The notes below the pieces were generated by a model. The model searched no databases. It was not told where the DNA came from and saw nothing but the letters and a program-made list of their open reading frames with translations. The translations under genes and the position numbers were made by a program. From Anthoceros angustus (Eukaryota; Plantae; Anthocerotophyta): a stretch of 64,000 bases of DNA. Below are positions 1-10,877 of this stretch, in pieces (within the stretch, counting starts at the first letter, position 1; every line of letters starts with the position of its first letter). The stretch lies in assembly GCA_010909165.1 (NCBI GenBank), contig VJWM01000107.1:496001-560000 (forward strand), in the 5' to 3' direction.

Positions 1-3000
1 AAACTCTTAGGTCCTGCGGCACATTTCACATGATCATCTCAGTGTGAGGCCCTCTATGTGTCCATTGGGTTGCAAGTAGCCAGCTAATGAGACCACACCT
101 GCTGAGCCGCTGACTTCTCTAGATCAGCAATTTGAGTTTGGAACTGGTTAACAATCCGCTTGTTCTCCGCTACAATCTGAGAGCAGCAGCACGGCAGGAC
201 GAAATTATACACAAGGAACTAGAGCACAGTTTTCAAAAGGATGGGTGGGGCATGCGATTAGTCACCGGCTGAGGATTGTACCTTATCTTTCTCTAATGCA
301 TACCATCTCCTCTGCGTTTGCCGAAGCTCGGCCAGGTCAGTCTCATGTTTTTGGTTGTCCTGCATTTCCTTCATTTCGAACCTGTGCCTCCACTCATTTT
401 GGAGCTGGGCCATTTCCAGCTCGTGCTTCTCAGCTAGCTCCTGGATCTGCAAGGAGTGTTCGCGACGTTGAAGCTCCAAGTCTCGCCAGGCTTTCTGGGA
501 AACTTCTGTAACCGCTGCTGACATGGCTTCAGCTGCTGATAAAGCATCAACATGGTCTTTGTTCTCCTCCTCTGATTTCTTAGAGAGCATCTGCACTGAA
601 GCCAGAAAGACTTAATGAAACCCGAATGCAACATCTTGTTGGCTTCCCGTCTGGAAATAGATTATACGAAGTCACGACCAGCCAGCCTCTTCTCAAATTC
701 AAAGGAGAACTAGCCTTCTGCACGATCCGCTTTGTACTCTGGTTTCATGAAAACTACCTCCAATTCAAGTTGGTGAGCCAAAACCAAAGCTTTATGTTCC
801 TCGGCAGCAGCACAAAGAGAGGCCTTTTGCTCAAGTATGATTCTTTCATGCTGTTGGGCCAAACGCTTCATCTCCGCGTGAAGCTCCGCTGTTTCTCTAT
901 CGAAAAGACACCGCAGGGTATCTTGAAACTTTGCCTTTCGGTCTTCCTGAATAGTCGAAAACAAGGGTCGCATGACGAAAGCAGTGTTAGTACGACCAAA
1001 GACGACGGCCTTACACACCAAGGACAAGACTTCCAGTTTCCTATGGGTCTACCAGCATAACTGCTGCACCATCGTACCTCTTCCATCTTCGACTTCTTGC
1101 GAACCTCAGACAGGTCTGCCTACAAGCACGAACTATTTGCATCAGCACGGCGCACTGTATGGTGATTAGAGTACGTGAGAACAACATTGCAAAACGTGCA
1201 TTATGATCACTACAATAATGAGTAGCACAGATATCTATGATTCTTGCTGATACACTACTGTAGGTATCAACAGCACTTTGCAAGAGCATGCATCCCACCT
1301 CGTACGTTTGGATTGTCAACTCAAGTTTTTTCTCATGCTCCAGCTGCATACCGAGTAACTTCTCCTTCAGTCTGTAACACTCCAACCCATCCTCTGCAAC
1401 ATTTAGGTCTCAGAACTATCCAAAGAGTGACATCGATGGCCAACACTAGCCAGTTTTGTTCAATTTGGTCTTGCTAGCTGCGCGGAGAATAATAGGAGTT
1501 GATGGGCTTTACTCTTTGATCTCAGAGATGAGAGATTCTTCTTGCTTCGAAGACAGCGCAGCAGATTGGACATGTTGATCAAGCTCTACTCTGACGTTCT
1601 CAATGACAGCTGCTTGCTCTAGTGTTTTAGATTCATACTACACACATTAACAGGACACAATTCATAAATCTTCAGCAGGTTGTGGTATCAATGTGCATAA
1701 AAAACCTACTCCTATTTAGGGAATAACCTGAATTTGTAATTCACGAAGACTTTGCTGCAGCAGTTCACACTTTCTTTGCGAGTCCTTCAGTTGTCGTGTA
1801 AGAGCTGAACACATCTATGGACAAAATGGCAAATCAGACAATGTCAAAGTAGCCGTGGTTGGATCATCTGCAAAGCATGCTGCGCTTACCTGTTTGGATT
1901 CTTGTGCCTGCTTAATTGCCTGCTTCTGCAGAGCTTGAAAATCAATTCCTAGACGGCTTCCTACGCTCTCAAGACTGTCAAGATTTTCTTGGAGCTTACT
2001 GACCTGATAACACAGATTGCATTTTGTGAGAGTTTCAGAAAGTCAGCAACTGCAAATACAAGCACATCGTCTTCTGTAATCACATCTAATTGATGACCCA
2101 CCCTTTCTCAACAATAGTTTCGCTAATGGGTGAAAGACATGCCTTTCCCTCATATAGTGCAATCAAGTCTGCAGACCTTGACCTTTGTTGCTCCAACCTC
2201 ATCTCAAATGCCTGTGCAAACTTGGCGTAATCATCCTTGGCTTTTGCTTCCGACTGCTCTGCAATGTACATTTAATTCTTAGCCACCAATAAAGTCTGCA
2301 TAGTAGTTTTTTGTACGACAACGAACGAATACTAGACCAACTGCACAACTGACACGAACTTACTCCACTTCTTTCGTAGGGACTCCTCCAATGATGCACA
2401 CTGGACTTTGGCACCTTTCTTTTGCTCATCCAGCTGCAGTCATGGTACGAAATGCACCGGCTATAGTGTCCATACACGGGGGGTATCTCAGATTGTAAAA
2501 GGCTCCCAAGTTAAATTGCAAAAAGGGTAAAACGGATCAAGGAGTTAGACGTGCACAGTTCGCTCACCTGCAGCAGATACGCCCTGTGTACACTGTTCAT
2601 GGTGGACTCGTGGTTCGACATCTGCTGCTTTAGTTTTAACTCCATGAGCTCCTTAACATGATTAGCTGTTTGCTCGCTCTGGAAGTAGCCAAATGCAACC
2701 GAGTCAGGCTTTCTGGAAGTTAGATGTCTACCAACTGTCGAAAATGCGAAGACAGAAGGCGTCCTCAAGGGCTAGAACCTGCGCGAGCCTTTCAAGCTGA
2801 AGAGCAGAGATTTCCGCTGAGAGAGCATTACACTTGGTGATAGCCTCCGCCTCTTTTCTCGTGAGATCTCCCTCTGCCTTGGCCAATGAATCGTTTGCTG
2901 TTCTGACCTGCACTCGTCGGTGGTCAGAGAGGCTCAGTAGTGGACATTGCTGAATTACCAAGTGATTGATATAGCATCCTACGACATGGATTCCAGAAAA

Positions 3001-5547
3001 ATGCTTAGAAAGGACCCATCTACCTCCTCCCGAAGTCGACGCACTTCCATCACTGCATTGTTGTGGTCCTTTCGACTGGTAGCCAGAGTAAATTGCAACT
3101 CATCAACCTACATCGTGAACCCATTAGAAAAAGAAGTCATTCGCAACATTGCAATCCATCATGGGGTTTTGAACAAGGCTCGTAAGCCTGCATCGAGCCT
3201 GTCCTCTTCGCAGGCGTAGGTCACACACACCCTTTTCTTATGTTGTTGCAGCTCCTCCTCAGTCAATGCACAGGCTGTCGTCAAGTTTGTTACATCCTTT
3301 TGCAGTGCAAGGGTTTTACTTTCCTGAAACGTAAATTGGTCAGCAAGCTTGAGGTCTGTGTACAAATGCCTGAAAAGAGGACAAGGTGGAGGCAATACCA
3401 AGGCTCCAATGGTTGACGTATATGCAGCTTTCATTTCACTGAAATGATGAGAATTCAGCACAGTCAGAGTGGTTTGGCTGGATCACGAGATCAAGAAGCG
3501 GAGACACCCAAAGGCAGCAGCTATAAGTGAGAGGGATGCTTACACTGCCTTCTTTTTCTCAGATTCAAGGCTTGTTGAAACAGTTTGCACGTCCTTCAAA
3601 GAGACTCGTAACTTCTCTATCTGTCTAATACAAAGGTACAACCGATCAAACTGTAAGCACAAATTGGACACTGACTTCCGCTCAATTGAGCCCATAGAAA
3701 CAAAGTATCACGAAGGTCCCGATAAAACACCGTGTCTGAGCTTTCTCTTTTCAACGTTGAATACGAGATCTCTAAAGCATCCTTCAAATGTTTGTTCTGC
3801 AGATGCACACATTTACCAATTATCAATACTTATGCCTGGATTATCGTGTGAGATGGCCCATAGGTGAGATGCTGCCTACCTCAGCTAATCTTAAACTAGT
3901 GTCCTGCAACATGTCATGAGCTTCCCTCAACTGCAGGCGTAAAGCATCCATGTCCTGGTGTATGCTGTCCTTCTCTTGGCTGCTGATCTCCAACTCTTTC
4001 TTGATGGAAGCCTCCTGCGTTTTGTTTCGAGTTGCTATACACTTAATAGCAGCATCCAGGATTGCACGCACTGTACCACAACAACTGAGATGTTTCCACA
4101 AAATCCAACACATGCGTAGGGTGTACAGGAGTGGAGCTCACCTTTTCCCTGAGACTTAATTCTAACGCTGAATGTTTTTTGCACAGTTGCTCAACATACT
4201 CCTTGTTCTCCATCTGCAAGAAACGCTCTTGGACCATTCAGTTGAGCAACATGAAGTGGGTGCAGCCTTAGTGGAGGCCCAGTTATTCAATCCAATAATG
4301 CTGGTGAAAGTACCTTCATGTGTTCAATTTCCTCAGCATGTACAGCCTTGAGTACCTGGATGGCACAAGAAGATTCGACTGCTATAACTTTACTTCGACT
4401 AGCAAGTGGTTACAACGGACGTGGATAGTAAGAAGGATTGCGGACAACAGTGGGAGACCTCAACGGATTGAGTGATCTCCTTTTTCGCTTGGTCTTGAGA
4501 TTGCATTTCTCGATTTGCAAATATTTGTTGTGTGGCTTCGACTTGTCTTTGACATCTGTCCAAAATCACTGCAATCTCTTCCTTGTGTCTCTTCTGTTCC
4601 TCTTCGATCTGGTGAAGTTAGAAACCTAAGTGTCATGTACTGTGCAGTGGACAATAGGGCTTGCAAGCAAAGGATAACCATTGAAACCACGTGCCTCTTG
4701 CTCCCGCTGCTCCTTCTTTTCATGCATTTCCTGGTCAAAAAGCAGGCAGACTATCAGGTACCCCTGTAATTTCTGATGTTTTTCTTGCTGAGTTGCAGTG
4801 CTCACAAAGCTACCAGAGACGAGCATGGGAATGAACCACCTAGAAGTGTACCTTCAACAGTTGCTCAGACTGCTTTGACTTCTCAGCTTGCTCACTAAGC
4901 TCACTTTTGAGCTGCATTATTTCCCTACGACAAAAAACTGCACACTCAGCTTACTAACCCTAACCTCCTTCTGTGCCTTTGCAGAGTCAATTGACGGCCC
5001 ATGGGAGAGCTGCAATTGTCTTCCAAAAGCACATCAATGGCCAGATTAAAGCCATCAAGCCGGAGTACCTTTGAAACGTCTGATACTTATGTTCTGCAAC
5101 CCTTTTCATTGATTCCTCCATTGCTTTAGCCTCCTACAACCGAATCCTAGGTCACCAACGAGGCAACAAAGAAGATGTTTCAACGGCAGTTGTAAGCGCC
5201 TGTACCTTAACAAATTCTTGAGTTTTTCTTTCCTGGATCTGGATCTCCAAATCGGTCTTGAATATCCTGATCCGGCTTGCCGTCTCCTTCAAGATCTCTT
5301 CAATCTCACAGTCATTCTGCTCAGCTAAACCCTGTAGATTCCAGCTACAGAACGCGATGAGTCTCGGTCAAAGTGCATGCATTGCAGAGATGCCTTAACG
5401 AGCCTTGGACAGGACCTGGTAGGCAACCTCCGAGCCATCAGACGGGTAGGACGCAAAATGATCCACGAGGTTTGTCAGCTGAAGAAGCTTTTGCCCCATT
5501 CTTTCCTCCAGAGTTTTCCAAGCATACTTCGGCTCCTGCTGCGCCAT
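1..5547 (-). CDS. Multi-exon long coiled-coil protein, FAM184-like (3' end runs off the window)
   Basis: ATG at 5547 (MAQQEPKYAWKTLEERMGQKLLQLTNLVDHF); exon 2 reads GLAEQNDCEIEEILKETASRIRIFKTDL. This resembles the FAM184 N-terminus (KKIAQLTKVI...EEIQQILAETREKI). Many short E/K/Q/L-rich exons flanked by GT/AG on the minus strand through 1-5300. Confidence 0.6.
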
Positions 5548-6050
5548 CGTGCAAATTGGTTTCCGTTCCACGTCCTACGTCACGGTGATGGCCAGCGTCG
5601 GCGAATTAGGTGCCCAGAAGACCCCCCCCTCTCCGCAAAATGCAACGCATTGAACGCAACCGTTGTTTTCAGGCTGCTCTGATGCAAGGAAGCCAGAAAA
5701 GACACTTCGACAATCACAAAGTAGAGCGGGAAAAGGGCAGTTGGCTGGCCGTTGCCCTCAGTTTCCCAGTCGCCTGAAAGTGGAATTGTTACTGTGTACG
5801 TTATATATATGTAGGCTCTCTTGTGACTTTTCACCACTTCAGTTGACAGGGCACATGAATGTGGCCCAAAAACTCTCCTCCCGTTTTTTTCATACCTCTT
5901 CCCTACTAGGCCACACATATGTAGTTATATGTTTTTCCTCCACAATTCTTTTTTGTTATCTCCAAGATTGAAACGTGTGAATTTTTCATCTCCAAGATCG
6001 AGACATGTGAAGTCAGCTAGTAGAGTCTCTCTTACGGTTTCATTAGTGCA

Positions 6051-8669
6051 ATGGGAGCTCCTCAAGGTGAAGGTGGTTTTCACAGTAATATTGAAATATA
6101 TCTTAGAATGCGTCCCCATGGAGCAGGAGCATCCATTTACAAATTGGATGAAGAAAAAAATTGTGTGCAGTGGTCTATTCCTCGACAAGCTCAATTAGGG
6201 ATGATTAATCACCAACGCGAGCATTACAACTTCAGCTTCACAGGAATTTTTGACATGGACACAAAGCAGGATACAGTCTTTGAAACAGTGGCTCACAAAG
6301 TAGTACTAGGAGCATTAGATGGATACAATGGGACTATCTTCGCTTATGGTCAGACAGGATCCGGAAAGACCTATACAATTACAGGAGGAGCAGAAAGATA
6401 TGTAGATAGAGGTGTGATACCTCGAGCCATTTCTCTCATATTTAGTGACTTAGCAAAAAGAACTGAATACACCTATATCGTACATTTCTCATATCTTGAA
6501 ATATATAATGAAACGGGGTATGATCTTCTTGATCCAGATCATGAAACTAAGTCCTTGGAAGATCTTCCCAAAGTGACTTTGATGGAAGACGATGACAATT
6601 GTATCCACTTACGGAATCTATCAATGCATTTGGCTTCAAATGAGGAAGAAGCTCTCAATTTATTGTTTGTGGGTGATACCAATAGAATGATAAGTGCTAC
6701 ACCTATGAATATGGCAAGTAGCAGATCTCATTGCATCTTTACGGCAACTATCGAAGCTCGTAAAGCGGGAGAAGATATTGTAAGACGATCTAAGCTACAT
6801 TTAGTCGATCTTGCTGGATCAGAGAGAGTAAGCAAGACAAAAGTAGATGGACAAATTTTGAAGGAAGCTAAGTACATCAATTTATCACTACACTTTTTGG
6901 AACAAGTGATCATAGCCCTTCAAGAAAGAAGTCAGGGTAAGCATCGTGATCATATTCCGTACCGAAATTCCATGATGACATCGATGCTAAGGGATTCCTT
7001 GGGTGGGAATTGCAAAACCGTCATGATAGCTACAGTAAGTGTAGCTCAAGAACAATTAGAGGAAACAATTTCTACTTGCCGATTTGCACAGCGTGTTGCT
7101 ATGGTCTCCAATAAAGTAGAGATAAATGAAGAAATAGATCCTACGTTATTGATAAAAAGATTAAAGCAAGAAATACTTGACCTCAAAGATGAGATTTCAT
7201 TATTGAAGGCTGCTAGTGGGGACAAAATGATGGAGTGCCCAAAGACTGCTGATAATATTGAGCAAATAAGGAAAGAAATTCATAACTACATAGGTGATGA
7301 TTCACAAGATGCTCAATTGAATTGTGGATCGAGCATGTTCTACATTAAAAACGCTTTCCATATTTTTAAGTCACTAATCAAGGACTTAAGAGATCCAAAG
7401 GATGAGGTTGATGTTAAATCAACTCAAGCTTGCCTTAAAAACATTGACAATGTTCCAAGTACTCCATCCGATTTGTGGAAACAGGTTCAAGATTTAAAAT
7501 ATGAAATACAACAAAAAGACAATGAAATTAATATCCTAGTCTCTTTCATAAGAAAGCGTCAAAATGAAATAGGGAATGATACTGAAAAATTAAATTTTAT
7601 GTCAAAATTACAAATTCATGGACCTGCATCACATCCAGAGTCATCACAAATGGATAATGTGGACATGAGAGTGAATAATGTCTCACAAGGATCGAGCTCT
7701 CCTCAAACTACTATTGAAAGCTCCAGCTCAAGTCCTGGGAACAAGTTACTATTCGGTAGAAAGCAATGTTTTGAGATTTTTTGCTCTAATTATTCAAGTA
7801 TGAATTCCATAAATGAAAACAAGGCTATTCTCAAACAAAAATACCAGGAAGCAAAGGCTCTTGGTGATGGGGTGAATAAGGCAAGAGAAAATATCAATTC
7901 TTTAAAAATGAAAATAGAAAAGCAACGAGTGGATCGTGCAATGCAAAATCTATTACAAGGCAAGGACCAAGGAAACACCGAGCAGGATGTTGAGGATGAT
8001 GAATTTATTAGGTCAATCGATGCTGAAAAACGATTGTATAGAGACGGTTTTACAAAACTGCGAGATTTGAAGAAGGAAATCGAGCACTTGCATACCCTGT
8101 TAGAACGTAGTCGAGTGAAACTTCATACCGACTTTGAGACTTGGTTAGGTCTCTTACAAGGTCCTACAAGTACGCCTAGTGAGCATGGAAGCTTTACATC
8201 GCGGGTAGATGAGAACCTGGATGACCCACTCTCACTTTCAGCATGCTCTACTGCTTCCACGGTCTCCAGAGACATCTCTTTGCATGCACCAATGGACGTG
8301 AACAAAAGCTCCGAGGGCATTATCATTCCTATGGGGAATCAAGAGAGATTGAGAACACCAAATTCGAACTCTTTATCAACATGCCATGGCTACGAACCAT
8401 CTTGGCCAGCAAGCATTCATGGCACAAGTAAAAGCAGGGATGGAAGTGCTTGTTCTGCCAAAGGGCTCTCAGTCCCAGATGAGGAAAGGAAAAAACAAAA
8501 GAAAATCACGTCACAAAGCTTGAAAGGCGCAATAAAAGTGGACAGGAAGGACATTATGCTCACCGGTAACACTGAAGCGGATGCAGACATTCTAGCATTT
8601 TACCAGGCTCGATCTGATTTCCTGAATTTGAAACCACAACCGTGCAAGAACGCGTGCGCCAAGGGCTAG
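6051..8669 (+). CDS. KIF6: Kinesin-9 family motor (KIF6-like), single exon, 872 aa
   Basis: P-loop GQTGSGKT, switch motifs SSRSH and DLAGSER, HIPYRNS; coiled-coil stalk; KIF6-type C-terminal motif LTGNxEADADILAFYxAR. Confidence 0.9.
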   Translation: MGAPQGEGGFHSNIEIYLRMRPHGAGASIYKLDEEKNCVQWSIPRQAQLGMINHQREHYNFSFTGIFDMDTKQDTVFETVAHKVVLGALDGYNGTIFAYGQTGSGKTYTITGGAERYVDRGVIPRAISLIFSDLAKRTEYTYIVHFSYLEIYNETGYDLLDPDHETKSLEDLPKVTLMEDDDNCIHLRNLSMHLASNEEEALNLLFVGDTNRMISATPMNMASSRSHCIFTATIEARKAGEDIVRRSKLHLVDLAGSERVSKTKVDGQILKEAKYINLSLHFLEQVIIALQERSQGKHRDHIPYRNSMMTSMLRDSLGGNCKTVMIATVSVAQEQLEETISTCRFAQRVAMVSNKVEINEEIDPTLLIKRLKQEILDLKDEISLLKAASGDKMMECPKTADNIEQIRKEIHNYIGDDSQDAQLNCGSSMFYIKNAFHIFKSLIKDLRDPKDEVDVKSTQACLKNIDNVPSTPSDLWKQVQDLKYEIQQKDNEINILVSFIRKRQNEIGNDTEKLNFMSKLQIHGPASHPESSQMDNVDMRVNNVSQGSSSPQTTIESSSSSPGNKLLFGRKQCFEIFCSNYSSMNSINENKAILKQKYQEAKALGDGVNKARENINSLKMKIEKQRVDRAMQNLLQGKDQGNTEQDVEDDEFIRSIDAEKRLYRDGFTKLRDLKKEIEHLHTLLERSRVKLHTDFETWLGLLQGPTSTPSEHGSFTSRVDENLDDPLSLSACSTASTVSRDISLHAPMDVNKSSEGIIIPMGNQERLRTPNSNSLSTCHGYEPSWPASIHGTSKSRDGSACSAKGLSVPDEERKKQKKITSQSLKGAIKVDRKDIMLTGNTEADADILAFYQARSDFLNLKPQPCKNACAKG

Positions 8670-9205
8670 TGACATCATTATCCAATCGCGACTCACTTCG
8701 CGCCGAGCGGTCCTTTGTGAGGATACCCAGTCCTCGCGATCGGACATCCGACAGAGCCGGAGATGTTGGTGTCAGCCTTTGCCTCCAAGGAAAGGATTTC
8801 TTTGCTGTTTCAGTAGAAGGTGCGAAATGCACAATCCTGGCAAGCCGGCGTGCTTTGCTCACATCGCAGGCTTCCTTTTGTTCTCTGCCCTTCAATCTGG
8901 CAGTGTCATGGAGCTGTCGATTGTTTGTTATGTGAACTAACTTGGTTGCGCCTGCATGTGAGCAGATGACCTACGCCTTCCTGACATGTTGCAGCGTGCT
9001 CCATAATGCTAGCCAGATCTCGCAGGTGAGTTTTGCAACTTCCAGATGCCTGCTGTCTGTTTCTTGACTTGGTGGCTACGGCTTCAAATTAAGGAGTGCT
9101 TGCTTGTTGTATTTTGCTGACGCACCTGCTTTATCAGCCCGTGGTGGGCCGGCAGGTGATAGATCGGAGAGTCGGGCAGTAGATCTGAAAGGCACAACTG
9201 CGAAG

Positions 9206-10846
9206 ATGTGCCCTCAACAATTGATCAGTGTCATGCTAGTAGCTCTTCAGCTGCTTCACCATCAGTGCGTAGCTGACATTCCCAGCTCTCCTTACATCAC
9301 ACTTCTCAGCAGGGATACGAAACAAGATCTGGGGTGGGCTGAGAGCAAGCAGAAGCAGAAGGAGGTGTACTCTGTATCAGACTATGGGGCAAGCGGGAAT
9401 GGCATACTGTACGACACAATCGCCATCCAGTGCACCATAGACTCCTGTGCCCGCGCAGGAGGAGGAGTGGTTCTCTTCCCACCAGGCTCATATCTCACAG
9501 GCACCATCTTCCTCAAGTCCGGTGTCACCCTCCAAGTGGCAGAAGGGGCCACGATCCTGGGCAGCCCCAACCAGCAAGACTACCCCGGGGATGCCTCCCG
9601 GTGGTACCTCATCTTGGCCGAGGACGCGGACGAGGTAGGCATCACCGGAGGAGGAGTGATCGACGGACAAGGCCTCAAGTTCGTGACAGAATTCAAGGAG
9701 GCGAAGAACATCATGGCGAGCTGGAACCAAACAGGAGCATGCACCGGCGACGAGTGCAGGCCCCGGCTGGTGGGCTTCCTCAACTGCACCAACGTCCATC
9801 TCTGGAGGATACACCTGCGTGAGCCTGCTTACTGGTGGTGGGTACTAAATCCTTCCATCTCCAGCTCCCATCTCCTCCCTCTCTCACCCTGTCATGCCTC
9901 CGCAACCAGCCCTAATCCTCCCGTCCCTGATGTGCACTGCAGCATCCATGTCGTGCTGTGCAACCATGTCACAATAGAGGAAGTGGACATGTACGGGGAC
10001 TTCAACTGCCCAAACAACGACGGCATCGACATCGAGGGCTCCAACAACACATCCATCCGGCGAGTTCACATCGACACCGGGGACGACGCCATCTGCCCCA
10101 AGACCAGCAGAGGCCCGCTCACCAACCTCACGGTCACGGACTGCTGGATCAGAACCAAGTCCAGCGCAGTGAAGCTGGGCAGCGGAAGCATGTACGACTT
10201 CACCAACCTCCACTTCGAGAAGCTCCTCATCGTGGATTCTCACCGAGGCCTCGCAATCCAGCTCCGAGACTCAGGTACTCTCCTATCCCTCACATCCCTC
10301 CAAATCCCGCACCTGCAATTCAAGCAAAATCACCAACCAACAGCCTCACCTCCCTTTCCAGGCTCCGTCCGCAACGTGACCTTCGCCAACATCAAGCTGA
10401 GCACCCGCTACTACGACCCCTCCTGGTGGGGGCGCGCGGAGCCCATCTACGTGACGGCCTGCGCCCGCGGGGCGGCGACCCCGGGCGTGGGCTCCGTCCA
10501 GGGCCTCCGCTTCGTCAACATCAGCGCGACCTCCGAGAACGGCATCTTCCTGGCGGGCGCCGCGGACACCCAACTCAGCGGCCTCCACTTCGAAAACGTA
10601 TCCGTGCGGCTGGAACGCCGCACAACCTACCCGGGTGGAAAGCACGATTACCGCCCTGGTTGCCAGGGACTGGTGGATTTCGACGGCACAGCCGGCGTCT
10701 TCATGGAGTACGTCCACGACGCCAACTTCTTCAAAGTGGACATCCTCTGGACACCGGACGCCGCCCCCGGTTGGGGCTCGCCTTTGCTGTTCAATCCGTC
10801 CAGCGTGGGGAACTTGAGTTTGGATCATTTTCGCTCCCATTTCTAA
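9206..10846 (+). CDS. Glycoside hydrolase family 28 (polygalacturonase-like), secreted; introns 9838-9942 and 10275-10361
   Basis: Signal-peptide-like N-terminus; GH28 motifs PNNDGID, TGDDAI, SHRGLAIQ; splicing restores PAYWCIH and RDSGSVRNV. Confidence 0.88.
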   Translation: MCPQQLISVMLVALQLLHHQCVADIPSSPYITLLSRDTKQDLGWAESKQKQKEVYSVSDYGASGNGILYDTIAIQCTIDSCARAGGGVVLFPPGSYLTGTIFLKSGVTLQVAEGATILGSPNQQDYPGDASRWYLILAEDADEVGITGGGVIDGQGLKFVTEFKEAKNIMASWNQTGACTGDECRPRLVGFLNCTNVHLWRIHLREPAYWWWVLNPSISSSHLLPLSPCHASATSPNPPVPDVHCSIHVVLCNHVTIEEVDMYGDFNCPNNDGIDIEGSNNTSIRRVHIDTGDDAICPKTSRGPLTNLTVTDCWIRTKSSAVKLGSGSMYDFTNLHFEKLLIVDSHRGLAIQLRDSGTLLSLTSLQIPHLQFKQNHQPTASPPFPGSVRNVTFANIKLSTRYYDPSWWGRAEPIYVTACARGAATPGVGSVQGLRFVNISATSENGIFLAGAADTQLSGLHFENVSVRLERRTTYPGGKHDYRPGCQGLVDFDGTAGVFMEYVHDANFFKVDILWTPDAAPGWGSPLLFNPSSVGNLSLDHFRSHF

Positions 10847-10877
10847 ACGCCTTCCTCGCCCAGCATTTCCGCGCAAT

